A DNA stretch of 64,000 nt from Bacillota bacterium (lineage in GTDB: Bacteria > Bacillota > Dethiobacteria > DTU022): NCBI GenBank assembly GCA_016874655.1, contig VGTO01000001.1:2777-66776 (forward strand). Reading direction: 5' to 3'. Below the pieces are notes generated by a model. That model saw only the letters and a list, made by a program, of their open reading frames with translations, did not search any database and was not told where the DNA came from. The stretch's first letter is position 1, and the number at the start of each line of letters is the position of its first letter. A program made the position numbers and the translations under genes. Shown in pieces: positions 48,069 to 58,577 of this stretch.

Positions 48069-49259
48069 TTGGTGAACAAGGTATTGCTGGGCGTAACCGG
48101 TGGCATTGCCGCCTATAAATCAGCCGAACTGGCCCGTCTTTATATTAAAGGCGGCGCTGCAGTTCAGGTGGTGATGACGCCTGCTGCGGCCCGTTTTATA
48201 ACTCCGCTTACTTTTCAAACCTTAACTGGTAATACGGTGTTCAGCGAAATGTTTGCCGAACGCAGCGAAGCGTGGATACCCCATATTGAACTGCTTGATG
48301 GTGTTGACCTGCTGGTGATTGCCCCGGCATCAGCCAACACGGTGGCCAAAATGGCTGCCGGTATAGCTGATAACCTGCTGACCACCCTCTACCTTGCCGC
48401 CGTTTGCCCTGTTGTGGTTGTCCCCTCCATGAATGTCAATATGTTTAACCATCAAACAGTGATCGACAATCTTGATCGTTTAAGAGCCGCTGGTTGCCGG
48501 GTGATGGATCCTGACTCCGGTGAGTTGGCCTGTGGGGTCTATGGTAAAGGAAGAATGCCTGAACCTGAAGATATATATAGCTATTCGCTGCAGGCCGCCA
48601 AGGTAAAAGATTTTGAAAATATTAATGTGCTGGTTACCGCCGGTCCAACCAGGGAAGCGCTTGATCCTGTCCGGTTTATCAGCAACCCTTCAACCGGCCT
48701 GATGGGGTATGCCATTGCCCATGCTTTACGGGAGCGTGGCGCCAAAGTGACCCTGATCAGCGGACCGACGGCGCTTAAGGCACCACCGGCAGTTATTTTA
48801 ATACCGGTAACTACTGCCGAGCAAATGCACAAGGCCGTAATTGATCATTTCGATCAAAACCAGCTGGTAATCAAGGCTGCCGCTGTTTCAGATTTTAAAC
48901 CATCACAATTTAGCGGGCAAAAGGTGAAAAAAAACACTGCCGGTCTGACCCTTGAGCTTACCCCGACAGCCGATATTCTGATGGAGCTTGGTCGACGCAA
49001 AAAAGATCAGGTACTGGTCGGATTTGCAGCCGAAACGGAAAATGTGATTCAAAATGCCCGTGACAAGTTAAACCGTAAAAACCTTGATCTGATTGTTGTT
49101 AATGACCTGGCGGAAGAAGGTGCCGGTTTTGCTTCATCCACTAACCGGGTTACGCTCATTGATCGTAGCGGAGCCGTGGAAGAGCTGCCCCTAATGAAAA
49201 AAGAAGAACTTGCGCACAGATTGCTGGACCGCATTGCCCCACTTTTCGCTACCCATTGA
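48069..49259 (+). CDS. coaBC: bifunctional phosphopantothenoylcysteine decarboxylase / phosphopantothenate--cysteine ligase
   Basis: 396 aa; N-terminal flavoprotein domain and C-terminal DFP ligase domain. Confidence 0.9.
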   Translation: MVNKVLLGVTGGIAAYKSAELARLYIKGGAAVQVVMTPAAARFITPLTFQTLTGNTVFSEMFAERSEAWIPHIELLDGVDLLVIAPASANTVAKMAAGIADNLLTTLYLAAVCPVVVVPSMNVNMFNHQTVIDNLDRLRAAGCRVMDPDSGELACGVYGKGRMPEPEDIYSYSLQAAKVKDFENINVLVTAGPTREALDPVRFISNPSTGLMGYAIAHALRERGAKVTLISGPTALKAPPAVILIPVTTAEQMHKAVIDHFDQNQLVIKAAAVSDFKPSQFSGQKVKKNTAGLTLELTPTADILMELGRRKKDQVLVGFAAETENVIQNARDKLNRKNLDLIVVNDLAEEGAGFASSTNRVTLIDRSGAVEELPLMKKEELAHRLLDRIAPLFATH

Positions 49260-49277
49260 TTAATTATTCAGCAATAA

Positions 49278-51512
49278 ATGGAAACGGCAGGTATTTTCAT
49301 GCATGAGTACGCCGAAATAATTGTTGACCTGATCAGCAACGCGGTTGATCGCCCTTTCCACTACAAAATACCTCCAGCTCTTAGGGGAAAAGTTATGCCA
49401 GGCATGAAAGTAGCTATACCCCTGGGCCCACGTCGCTGTGAGGGTTACATTTTACGACTGCTAAGTTCTACCTCTGTTGATCACGCAGCGCTTCGGGATA
49501 TCTATGCGGTAAGCGATCCGGAGCCTTTGCTTACCGCAGAACAGCTTACCCTTCTTCATTGGCTTGCCCACCGCTGCTATTGCCGTAAAATAGATGCCTT
49601 AAATGCCATAGTACCGGCTACCTTTCGTCAGGGTCACCGCTCTCAGAAACCTTACCTTTTTGCTGCGACGGCAGAAGCTGAAGCACAAATTGTAAAACTG
49701 ACTAAAGCTCCTGCCCAACAGAAAGTGCTCCAAATCCTTCTTGATCAGGGACCGCAGGACCGTAAAGCTCTCGATAAAAAGGGGATTACAAGCGCTACTC
49801 TGCGAGCACTCGAGACCAAGGGCTTAATCGAAAAACGCAATAAAAGCCGCTATCCTACCGGTGAGCCAGCCGCAGAAGTTTCAACGGATCCTTTGCAGCT
49901 GGGAAGTGAACAGGCGGTCTGCTTCGAGCGGATCGGGGCCGCTCTTGACAGTAACCGTGCTCAGCGTTTGCTGCTGCACGGTATCACAGCCAGTGGTAAG
50001 ACGGAAGTTTACATGCAAAGTATCAGTAAATGCCTGAAGAGTGGCAAAAGCGCATTGGTAATGGTGCCGGAAATCGCTCTTACCCCTCAGATGATCAGCC
50101 ATTTTGAAGGCCGGTTTCCCGGTCATATTGCCGTATTGCACAGCAGGTTGACCCCGGCTGAGAAAAGTCGTGAGTGGCAGGCAATCAGGGAGGGAGAAGC
50201 CAGGGTTGTTTTAGGAGCCCGTTCTGCAGTTTTCGCCCCTCTTGCCAACCTGGGACTGATCGTAATCGATGAAGAACATGAAACAACTTACAAGCAGGAA
50301 GAGGCACCCCGTTATCATGCCCGCGATGTAGCCTGGTGGCGTGCCCGCTATAATAAAGCGGTTCTGGTTTTAGGCAGCGCTACTCCTTCACTGGAGAGTT
50401 ATACCCAGGCAGTGGAGGATAAGGGGCAATTATTGACGATGACCGGGCGGATCACTCCCACCCAGCTGCCCCCGGTAACCATAGTTGATATGCGCCAGGA
50501 GCTAAAAGAAAACCACCGTCAGATCTTTAGTCGCCTGTTGCTGACAGAACTCGATGGAGTTTTGGAGCGGGGCGAACAGGCGCTGCTCTTCATTAACCGC
50601 CGTGGTTTTGCCGGATTTGTGCTTTGCCGTGAGTGTGGTTATGTAGTGCGTTGTTCATCCTGTGATGTATCATTAACCCTGCATCTGGATCGGCAGTTAA
50701 TGTGCTGTCATTATTGTGGTTTTGAAGCGCCGGTTCCCCAGACCTGTCCGGAGTGCAGTGGCATTAAAATTCGCTACTTTAGCGCCGGAACCCAGCGGGT
50801 GGAGGATGAAATAAAGAAACTACATCCCGGGGTGACCCTGATTCGGATGGACAGCGACACTACCACCAGCCGTCAGGCGCACAGCCACTATTACCGCCGT
50901 TTCCGAGAGGGCAAGGCCAGCATCTTAATTGGCACCCAGATGATTGCCAAAGGTTTTGACTTTCCCTCGGTTACCCTGGTTGGGGTTGTCGCTGCTGACA
51001 CAACTCTCAACCTGCCAGATTTCAGGGCCCCCGAACGTACTTTCCAGCTGCTGACCCAGGTTGCCGGGCGTACTGCTCGTGGTAAGCTCGGCGGCAAAGT
51101 AATAATCCAAACTTATCACCCCGGGCATTACGCTATCCAGGCTGCTGCCAAACACGATTACTGTGTTTTTTATAACCAGGAAATTGAAAACAGAAGGCAG
51201 CTGGCTTATCCGCCTTTTAGCGATTTGCTGCGCTTCCTGTTCAGTGATAGTGACGAACAAAAAGTTTTCGAAGCCGCAACCTGGCTAACCGGTCAACTGC
51301 AGCAAGTCATCAGCAGTGCCGAGATATTAGGACCGGCGCCTGCTTCGCTCTATAGAATTAAAGATCAGTATCGGGTTCAGACCATTATCAAGGGGCAGCA
51401 GTTAAATGCAATCAACCCTGCAGTTAAAAAAGTGATTCGGACTTACCATGAGCACAAGCCTCCCTATTCTGTTCGCCTCGCAGTGGATTTTAATCCATTG
51501 GTAGTGCTATAA
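49278..51512 (+). CDS. priA: primosomal protein N' (replication restart helicase PriA); the start is more likely the ATG at 49299
   Basis: 744 aa; Walker A GITASGKTEVY, DEEH box, Zn-finger CxxC...CxxC cluster, C-terminal domain. Confidence 0.9.
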   Translation: METAGIFMHEYAEIIVDLISNAVDRPFHYKIPPALRGKVMPGMKVAIPLGPRRCEGYILRLLSSTSVDHAALRDIYAVSDPEPLLTAEQLTLLHWLAHRCYCRKIDALNAIVPATFRQGHRSQKPYLFAATAEAEAQIVKLTKAPAQQKVLQILLDQGPQDRKALDKKGITSATLRALETKGLIEKRNKSRYPTGEPAAEVSTDPLQLGSEQAVCFERIGAALDSNRAQRLLLHGITASGKTEVYMQSISKCLKSGKSALVMVPEIALTPQMISHFEGRFPGHIAVLHSRLTPAEKSREWQAIREGEARVVLGARSAVFAPLANLGLIVIDEEHETTYKQEEAPRYHARDVAWWRARYNKAVLVLGSATPSLESYTQAVEDKGQLLTMTGRITPTQLPPVTIVDMRQELKENHRQIFSRLLLTELDGVLERGEQALLFINRRGFAGFVLCRECGYVVRCSSCDVSLTLHLDRQLMCCHYCGFEAPVPQTCPECSGIKIRYFSAGTQRVEDEIKKLHPGVTLIRMDSDTTTSRQAHSHYYRRFREGKASILIGTQMIAKGFDFPSVTLVGVVAADTTLNLPDFRAPERTFQLLTQVAGRTARGKLGGKVIIQTYHPGHYAIQAAAKHDYCVFYNQEIENRRQLAYPPFSDLLRFLFSDSDEQKVFEAATWLTGQLQQVISSAEILGPAPASLYRIKDQYRVQTIIKGQQLNAINPAVKKVIRTYHEHKPPYSVRLAVDFNPLVVL

Positions 51513-51525
51513 TTTAAAGCAAGAG

Positions 51526-52011
51526 GTGGTTTTGTTGGCGATCAGAATAATTTTGCGTGACGACCATCCGGTGTTGCGCCAGAAAACAGCAGAAGTAAAA
51601 AACATTAACAGCGGTGTGTTCCGTTTGCTTGATGACATGCGTGAAACGATGCGGGAAGCGGATGGAGTCGGCCTGGCTGCTAATCAGGTTGGCGTATCAA
51701 AAAGGATTTTAATTGCCGCTGAGGGTGAAGAAACAATCTATGAACTAATAAACCCTTGCTGTGAATTAAGTGAGGGAGATGAGGTCGGAACAGAAGGGTG
51801 CTTAAGTGTTCCCGGAAAGTACGGTGAGGTGCCGCGTTCGACCAAGATCATCGTCACGGCCCTGAACCGGGAAGGGCAGAAGATTCGCCTGACTGCTGAA
51901 GGATTATTGGCGAGGATCTTGCAGCACGAGATGGATCACCTTGATGGAATTCTTTTTACCGATAAAGCTTTACGTCTGCTTGATCCCGAAGAACTAAAAA
52001 GCGAGGATTAA
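51526..52011 (+). CDS. def: peptide deformylase
   Basis: 161 aa; motifs GVGLAANQ, EGCLS, HEMDH. Confidence 0.9.
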   Translation: MVLLAIRIILRDDHPVLRQKTAEVKNINSGVFRLLDDMRETMREADGVGLAANQVGVSKRILIAAEGEETIYELINPCCELSEGDEVGTEGCLSVPGKYGEVPRSTKIIVTALNREGQKIRLTAEGLLARILQHEMDHLDGILFTDKALRLLDPEELKSED

Positions 52012-52013
52012 AG

Positions 52014-52970
52014 TTGAAGAGTTTAAAACTGCTTTTCATGGGCACACCGGCATTTGCCATTCCTGCCCTTGATTTACTGAACAGTTCTCCCCACAACATT
52101 GCAGCCATTGTCACCCAACCAGACCGACTTTCAGGGCGCGGACAGGTGCTGAGTTATTCTGCTGTAAAAAAATGGGCAGTTAGCAACAGCATTGAAACCT
52201 GCCAACCGGAAAAATTGAGTAAAGACGCATTTCTTCACTGGCTTGAAAATCTGAAACCGGATTTAATCGTCACCGTTGCCTTTGGACGGATGCTATCAAA
52301 AAGCCTTCTTGCAACCCCGCCACTTGGTTGTATAAACTTACACGCCTCGTATCTGCCGGCTTATCGCGGGGCAGCCCCGATACACCGGGCAGTAATTGAA
52401 GGCGCTGAATATAGCGGAGTTTCCATTATTGACCTGACAGAAGAGCTAGATGGCGGTGATGTTTATTTCCAGGAAAAAGTGGCTATTAAACCTGATGATA
52501 CAGCTGGCATGCTTCACGATTCCCTTGCAGTAAAGGGATCCGTACTGCTCTTAAGAACAATTAACGCTCTGGCAGACGGTTCAGCCGTCAAAACCCCACA
52601 GGATCAAACACTGGCTACTTATGCGCCACCGCTGAGCCCGGCTGATGAAGTTCTCGACTGGCATTTAAGCTCTTTAGAACTCCATAACCGGATTCGAGGT
52701 TTAAGTCCCTGGCCAGGCGCTTATACCACTTTTAAGGGCAAAAGGGTCAAGGTTTGGAAAAGTAGATTATCTATTATTACTGATCAAAACGAGCGTCAGG
52801 GTGTTCCCGGAACAATCTTGAGTGTGGAAAAAGCTTCATTAGAAGTTGCAACCGGTAATGGCAGTCTGTTTCTAATTGACCTGCAGCCGGCCGGAAAGAA
52901 GCAGATGCAGGCGGCTTCGTTTTGTTGCGGCTACCGGATTGTGCCGGGCGATCGCCTGGGAGACGGGTAG
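52014..52970 (+). CDS. fmt: methionyl-tRNA formyltransferase
   Basis: 318 aa; formyltransferase N-domain (HASYLPAYRGAAPI) plus C-terminal domain. Confidence 0.9.
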   Translation: MKSLKLLFMGTPAFAIPALDLLNSSPHNIAAIVTQPDRLSGRGQVLSYSAVKKWAVSNSIETCQPEKLSKDAFLHWLENLKPDLIVTVAFGRMLSKSLLATPPLGCINLHASYLPAYRGAAPIHRAVIEGAEYSGVSIIDLTEELDGGDVYFQEKVAIKPDDTAGMLHDSLAVKGSVLLLRTINALADGSAVKTPQDQTLATYAPPLSPADEVLDWHLSSLELHNRIRGLSPWPGAYTTFKGKRVKVWKSRLSIITDQNERQGVPGTILSVEKASLEVATGNGSLFLIDLQPAGKKQMQAASFCCGYRIVPGDRLGDG

Positions 52971-54340
52971 CGGCCTTGATCATTAAACCAGCGCAAAGCG
53001 CTAGCGCTCGCGAAGCGGCCTTAAAAGCCCTGGTCCGGTATGAAAAGGATCGGGCTTACCTCAAATTGGTTTTGCCGAATCTAACTCAGGCTCTGCCTGA
53101 TCAGGAAAAAGCGCTGGCTGCAAAATTAGCCGCTGGTACAATTCAACATCTGAACACAATTGATTGGGCACTTCGGCTTTATGCAAAGCGCGAACTTGAT
53201 ACATTTACCCCCTGGTTAAGAAATCTGTTGCGGGTTAGTGCTTACCAGTTGATCTATCTGGATCGGGTTCCTGTTTATGCTGTAGTTAACGAAGCGGTCA
53301 ACCTTGCTCGTCACTACGGTCATCGGGGGGTAGCTGGCTTAACCAATGCGCTGTTACGTAAACTGGCTGCAGAAGTCGATCAATTGCCCTGGCCTGACCC
53401 GAAAAAGGAACCCCTCGATTATTTAGTAATACGCTATAGCTACCCGTCCTGGCTGATTAAAAGAGTTTTGGAACGATACGGCTTTGAAGAAGCCGTGAAA
53501 TGGTGCCTAGCCAATCAGGAAAAACCGCTTTTTACAGCCCGGGTTAACTGCTTGCGGATAAAACCGGATGAGCTGATCGAAAAGCTGAGAGAAGAGCAGA
53601 TCGAAGCAGTCCATGATCAAATGGTTCCGGATATGCTGATCATCAACTCAGGAACGGGAAAGCTCTCCCGTTGTCGCTCTTTTACGGAAGGTCTTTTTAC
53701 AATCCAGGGGTCTAGTTCTGCCCTGGTTGTTGCCTTGCTCAATCCGCAACCGGAAGAGGTAGTTATAGATCTTTGCAGCGCTCCTGGTGGCAAAACCACG
53801 CACTTAGCTGAACGGCAACAGGATCGGGGCGTGATTTATGCAGTGGAGCTGCATGAAAGCCGGATCAGCCTGGTTGAAAAAGCGGCGGCCAGGCTTGGGC
53901 TAAAGAGTATCATTATTGTTCAGGGTGACGGGCGTGAAATTGATAGCCTCAACCTGCCGGCCGCAGATGCAATTCTAGTCGATGCTCCCTGCTCCGGCCT
54001 GGGGGTAATCAGGCGCCTGCCAGAGATTAAGTGGCGTCGCAGCGAAGCAGACCTGCTTACCTTTAAGCAATTGCAGTTCGAGCTGCTGGCGGCAGCTGCC
54101 GGCCAGCTTCGCTCCGGCGGCAGGCTGATGTACTCGGTCTGCACTACCGAACCGGAGGAGACAGTTCAGGTGGCAGAGGCTTTTTTGCAAAATAATCCAG
54201 ATTTTACAACCCTGCCTGTTTTCCCACTGCTTCCGCCACCGCTCCAACCGGTATTTAAAGGTTCACAAACCCTGACCTTCCTGCCGCACCGGCATAACCT
54301 CGATGGTTTTTTCATCGCCCTGTGGCAGAAAATAAGATAG
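52922..54340 (+). CDS. rsmB: 16S rRNA (cytosine967-C5)-methyltransferase RsmB (Sun); start uncertain (ORF overlaps fmt by 48 nt)
   Basis: 472 aa; NusB-like N-domain and SAM-MTase (DLCSAPGGKTTH, DAPCSGLG). Confidence 0.85.
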   Translation: MLRLPDCAGRSPGRRVAALIIKPAQSASAREAALKALVRYEKDRAYLKLVLPNLTQALPDQEKALAAKLAAGTIQHLNTIDWALRLYAKRELDTFTPWLRNLLRVSAYQLIYLDRVPVYAVVNEAVNLARHYGHRGVAGLTNALLRKLAAEVDQLPWPDPKKEPLDYLVIRYSYPSWLIKRVLERYGFEEAVKWCLANQEKPLFTARVNCLRIKPDELIEKLREEQIEAVHDQMVPDMLIINSGTGKLSRCRSFTEGLFTIQGSSSALVVALLNPQPEEVVIDLCSAPGGKTTHLAERQQDRGVIYAVELHESRISLVEKAAARLGLKSIIIVQGDGREIDSLNLPAADAILVDAPCSGLGVIRRLPEIKWRRSEADLLTFKQLQFELLAAAAGQLRSGGRLMYSVCTTEPEETVQVAEAFLQNNPDFTTLPVFPLLPPPLQPVFKGSQTLTFLPHRHNLDGFFIALWQKIR

Positions 54341-54475
54341 CAATTCTTAATCGCTCGCTCTATATTCCCTTTCGATTACCGTGACCACTCGCTGCACGGC
54401 AGCAATATTGTTAAATAAAGGATTTTTGTTTAATTGTTGATTAACAGCTGTAGTTATTCTGGAAATGGCTGTATG

Positions 54476-54504
54476 TTGCCCGAATGCGGCCACTTTGCTA
54501 TACT
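54476..54504 (+). promoter_or_regulatory. putative sigma-A promoter for prpC-prkC-rsgA-rpe (-35 TTGCCC, 17-nt spacer, -10 TATACT)
   Basis: Hexamers at 54476-54481 and 54499-54504 in the 195-bp rsmB-prpC gap. Confidence 0.4.
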
Positions 54505-54534
54505 GAGGGTTAAGCAAGAAGGTGTTTTAAATAA

Positions 54535-55299
54535 ATGGAGGCCAATCAATTGCAGGCAGTAGCGCTAACTAACCAGGGACTGGAACGTTCCCGTAATGAA
54601 GACAGCTGCTTCGCTGCATCAAGCGGCGAAAACGCTTTGCTGGTTGTAGCTGACGGTATGGGCGGCCATAGGGCCGGTAATGTGGCCAGCGAACTGGTGA
54701 TTATAGAAGCAGAAAATGCTTGGCTTGAACTTGAAAAATGCTGTGCAGAAAAAGGTGCGGACATCCGGAAAATAATCGAAGATTTTATCCGTGAAGCAAA
54801 CAGGTTAATCATCGAAGAGGCGGATCAGAACCCTACCCAGAAGGGGATGGGTACCACAGTAACTGCGGCTTTTCTCTGTAGACAGAATCTGACTGTCGGT
54901 CATGTCGGTGACAGCCGTGCTTATCTGATCAACGCCGAAAAAATAACGCTAATCACCAAGGATCACTCTCTGCCTGAACAGCTCATTGAATCGGGTCAGA
55001 TCACGGAAGAGGAGGCCCGCTGTCACCCTCAGCGTCATATCCTGACCCGGGCCCTGGGAATCTCGTCAAAACTGACAGTTGATCTTTTCGAAGAACAGGT
55101 TGAACAAGGCTCAACGGTTTTACTGTGTACAGACGGCCTGACCAATCTGGTCCAGGATGAAGAAATTCTGGCTCTAGTCAATCAATATGGAGATCCGCAG
55201 CAGACAGCAGAAGCGCTTATTGAGCAGGCTAATCGATATGGCGGCTTTGATAATATAACCGTTGTTATTGCAACCGGTATTGGAGGTCGGCAGGCTTAA
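54535..55299 (+). CDS. prpC: PP2C-family Ser/Thr protein phosphatase
   Basis: 254 aa; PP2C motifs (RSRNEDS; VADGMGGH; DGLTN). Confidence 0.85.
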   Translation: MEANQLQAVALTNQGLERSRNEDSCFAASSGENALLVVADGMGGHRAGNVASELVIIEAENAWLELEKCCAEKGADIRKIIEDFIREANRLIIEEADQNPTQKGMGTTVTAAFLCRQNLTVGHVGDSRAYLINAEKITLITKDHSLPEQLIESGQITEEEARCHPQRHILTRALGISSKLTVDLFEEQVEQGSTVLLCTDGLTNLVQDEEILALVNQYGDPQQTAEALIEQANRYGGFDNITVVIATGIGGRQA

Positions 55300-56936
55300 T
55301 GGTCGGTAAAATACTGGCTGAACGTTACGAGATTATCGAAAAGATTGCCGAGGGTGGAATGGCCCGTGTTTATTGTGGCCGTGATCTGCTTCTTAAAAGA
55401 ACGGTTGCTATTAAAGTGCTGAAAGATCAGATGACCGGTGATGCCGCTTTTATCCGCCGTTTTGAGCGGGAGGCCCAGTCGGCAGCGGCGCTTTCGCATC
55501 CCAATATCGTCAATATTTATGACGTAGGTGAAGAAGAAGGTACCTACTTCATGGTTATGGAATATGCTGAAGGCTTAAACCTGAAGCAGTACATCCGGGA
55601 AAAAGGCCGGCTGCCCGCTATTGAGGCTGTTTTCATCGCCCGCCAGATTGCTGAAGCTTTGGATAGAGCTCACAAAGCCGGAGTGGTGCACCGTGATATT
55701 AAACCGCAGAACATTCTTTTTTCCAGCGACGGTAAGGTTAAGGTAACTGATTTTGGTATAGCCATCGCCGGCGAAGGAGTTACTGTAACCGTTGGCGATG
55801 AAATAATTGGTACGGTGCAGTACATTTCCCCCGAACAGGCAAAAGGAGAACTGGCTGACAAGCAATCAGATTTATATTCCTTAGGGATCGTGCTCTACGA
55901 AATGGTAACCGGCAAAGTGCCCTTTGGGGGAGAAAGCCCTGTAGCTGTGGCGATGAAGCATATTCAGGACCAGATTGTCCCTCCAGGGGTTTTAACAGAA
56001 GACTTGCCGCTGGCCTTGGAACAGATAATCATCAAGGCAGTGGAGAAAGATAAGGCTAATCGCTATGAAAGCGCCGCTGAACTGCTGGAGGATTTAAAGC
56101 ATGCAGGGGAAAGCCAGCTTCCTGTCAACGAAAAACAGCATAAACCGATTTCGTTAAAAAATGGCGAAGAAGTCGATCTGATTAAACGACCGGTTACTAC
56201 CGCAGCAAACCGCAATAATTTCAGCGTACCTCCAAAGATCAGGCGCAACTGGGCCAAGCCGCTGCTTACTATTCTCCTCTTGCTACTGATCATTGCTGTC
56301 GGTGGTTACGTTCTCAGTAGTTTTATATTGGTTCCCGAAGTGGTGGTGCCGACAATCAGAGATCTCACCCAGGGCGATGCCGTACAGATCCTGAAAGAAG
56401 CAGGCCTGGTGCCGAATGAAGAAATATATTACATCTACGACGAGACAATTTTGGTCGGTAATGTTGTTAAAACTGAGCCACCTGAAGGGCGGGTAGTCCG
56501 AAAAAACCGCATGGTAGATCTCTATATCAGTAAAGGACCAGAATTCATAGTAACACCTGATCTCTTTGGGCGGACCGAGATGGAGGCCAGGGTTATCCTG
56601 CGCGATCTTGAATTGAATATGAGTGTCGTACGCGATTATAACGAAGAGATAGCCGAAGGGGTTATCTACCGCCAGGTTCCAAGTGAGTCTTTCCGCATTT
56701 CGCGTGGCGAAGAGGTTGTTGTTTACATTAGCCAGGGGCGCGGACCGTTTACACTTGCTGATTTAACTGGTTACTCCGAAGCCGGGGCAATTGAATATCT
56801 TGAAGAAAATGATCTTAGACCCCGTGTCCGTTATAAATTTACGATTGGGTCAACCGGGCATGTTGTGGAACAGCTCCCGGAACCCGGATCAGAAGTTATC
56901 CCCGGGCAGTTTGTTGATATTATCGTTGGCGAGTAG
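55299..56936 (+). CDS. prkC: Ser/Thr protein kinase PrkC with three extracellular PASTA repeats
   Basis: 545 aa; Hanks kinase domain (HRDIKPQNIL, DFGIA), single TM, three PASTA domains; TAATG overlap with prpC. Confidence 0.9.
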   Translation: MVGKILAERYEIIEKIAEGGMARVYCGRDLLLKRTVAIKVLKDQMTGDAAFIRRFEREAQSAAALSHPNIVNIYDVGEEEGTYFMVMEYAEGLNLKQYIREKGRLPAIEAVFIARQIAEALDRAHKAGVVHRDIKPQNILFSSDGKVKVTDFGIAIAGEGVTVTVGDEIIGTVQYISPEQAKGELADKQSDLYSLGIVLYEMVTGKVPFGGESPVAVAMKHIQDQIVPPGVLTEDLPLALEQIIIKAVEKDKANRYESAAELLEDLKHAGESQLPVNEKQHKPISLKNGEEVDLIKRPVTTAANRNNFSVPPKIRRNWAKPLLTILLLLLIIAVGGYVLSSFILVPEVVVPTIRDLTQGDAVQILKEAGLVPNEEIYYIYDETILVGNVVKTEPPEGRVVRKNRMVDLYISKGPEFIVTPDLFGRTEMEARVILRDLELNMSVVRDYNEEIAEGVIYRQVPSESFRISRGEEVVVYISQGRGPFTLADLTGYSEAGAIEYLEENDLRPRVRYKFTIGSTGHVVEQLPEPGSEVIPGQFVDIIVGE

Positions 56937-56947
56937 GGAGGTCTTTT

Positions 56948-57853
56948 TTGAATCAGGGGACAATCATCAGGGCCGCCGGTGGTTTTTTTACTGTCTACAC
57001 AGTAACAGGAGAAAGTTACCTGTGCCGGGCCCGCGGTAACCTGAAAAGAGACAACCAGTCACTGATGGTAGGCGACCGGGTTTTGTTTGTGCCTCCTCTG
57101 AAGCCGGCATTGTCTGCCGTAGCTGAAGCTATTGATCATGGTACAATCGAAGAGCTGATACCCCGCAAAAATAGTCTTAACCGCCCCAATGTAGCCAATG
57201 TCGATCAACTGGCAGTAGTCATTTCTCTAAAGCAACCTTCATATGACTGGCAGCTGGCCAGTCGCTTGCTGGTCCAGGCTGAAAAAGAGGGAATGGAAGC
57301 CCTGCTCTGCCTTAATAAAGCGGATTTGGTTGAAGACGATGAGCTATATGAGATCGAAAAACAGCTTAATCCCTTTCCGTACAGGGTTTTAATCAGCAGC
57401 GCGCACAGTGGCCGGGGGCTTGACAGTCTGGCTGAAAGGTTATCTGGTAAATGTTCGGTTTTTGCCGGACCATCAGGTGTCGGTAAATCTTCTCTGCTAA
57501 ATTCTCTGCAACCTGGCCTGACCCTGAAAACAGGTGCGGTGAGTGACAAGATTAAACGCGGTCGGCATACAACCCGTCAGGCCGAGCTTTTACCACTTAA
57601 TTTTGGAGGCTCGGTTGTTGACACGCCCGGATTTTCCCGTCTTGAACTGGCCGACCTGAAGCCGGAAAATTTAGCATTGCTCTTTCCCGAATTTGAAGCA
57701 TACTCCGGCAGGTGTGCCTTTCGTGATTGCCAGCATCTTACTGAACCGCGTTGTGCCATCAGGCAGCACCTTGGTGATCAGATCAATCCGCTTCGCTATG
57801 GGCACTATTGTTATTTTATGGATGAGCTATCTAAACGGCAGGAGGTTTACTGA
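56948..57853 (+). CDS. rsgA: ribosome small-subunit-dependent GTPase A (RsgA/CpgA)
   Basis: 301 aa; circularly permuted GTPase motifs (LNKADL...; GPSGVGKSSL), C-terminal zinc finger (CAFRDCQHLTEPRC). Confidence 0.9.
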   Translation: MNQGTIIRAAGGFFTVYTVTGESYLCRARGNLKRDNQSLMVGDRVLFVPPLKPALSAVAEAIDHGTIEELIPRKNSLNRPNVANVDQLAVVISLKQPSYDWQLASRLLVQAEKEGMEALLCLNKADLVEDDELYEIEKQLNPFPYRVLISSAHSGRGLDSLAERLSGKCSVFAGPSGVGKSSLLNSLQPGLTLKTGAVSDKIKRGRHTTRQAELLPLNFGGSVVDTPGFSRLELADLKPENLALLFPEFEAYSGRCAFRDCQHLTEPRCAIRQHLGDQINPLRYGHYCYFMDELSKRQEVY

Positions 57854-57855
57854 AA

Positions 57856-58506
57856 ATGACGGTAAAAGTGGCCCCCTCTTTACTATCAGCTGATTTTGGC
57901 ATTCTGCGCGAAGAGATCAAAAAAATTGAAAAACACGGAGCCGACTGGATTCATTTTGATGTGATGGATGGCATTTTTGTCCCGGCTATTACGGTTGGAC
58001 CGATCGTTGCCGGCTGGCTGCGCTCGCATACCAAACTGTTTATGGATGCTCACCTGATGGTTAGTGATCCGGAAAGTCAGGTTGAACCTTTTGCCGGAGC
58101 TGGAATAGACCTGATTACTGTACAGGCTGAAGCAACCGCCCACCTTGATCGGTTATTGCGTAAAATAAAAGCTGTTGGCGCCAAGGCTGGAGTTGCCCTT
58201 AACCCGGCAACCCCTGCTACTGTATTAGAATACGTCTGGCCGTTGCTTGACCTGGTGCTGGTAATGAGTGTAAACCCAGGCGCGGGAGGTCAGCTTTTTA
58301 TCCCCGAAATGCTGCCGAAGATCGCTTATTGTGCCGAACAGATTAAATTACGAAAACTGAACGCCGAACTGCAGGTCGATGGTGGAGTTAACTTAGGTAC
58401 TGCACCGGCAATTATCAAAGCCGGTGCAACAGTGTTGGTTGCCGGCTCCGCTATTTTTAAAGCACCCGATGGTATGACCCTGATCAAAAAACTGAAACTG
58501 CTTTAA
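57856..58506 (+). CDS. rpe: ribulose-phosphate 3-epimerase
   Basis: 216 aa; PSLLSADF, HFDVMDG and VMSVNPG motifs. Confidence 0.9.
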   Translation: MTVKVAPSLLSADFGILREEIKKIEKHGADWIHFDVMDGIFVPAITVGPIVAGWLRSHTKLFMDAHLMVSDPESQVEPFAGAGIDLITVQAEATAHLDRLLRKIKAVGAKAGVALNPATPATVLEYVWPLLDLVLVMSVNPGAGGQLFIPEMLPKIAYCAEQIKLRKLNAELQVDGGVNLGTAPAIIKAGATVLVAGSAIFKAPDGMTLIKKLKLL

Positions 58507-58549
58507 AGCCTGATCATCTCAGCCAGCATTGCATAAAGTTCGCGTTTCT

Positions 58550-58577
58550 TTACCTTAGGCTGATCTGAAGTTATAAT
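58550..58577 (+). promoter_or_regulatory. possible promoter for the rib operon (-35 TTACCT, 16-nt spacer, -10 TATAAT)
   Basis: Read from the sequence in the 96-nt rpe-ribD gap; weak -35. Confidence 0.3.
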
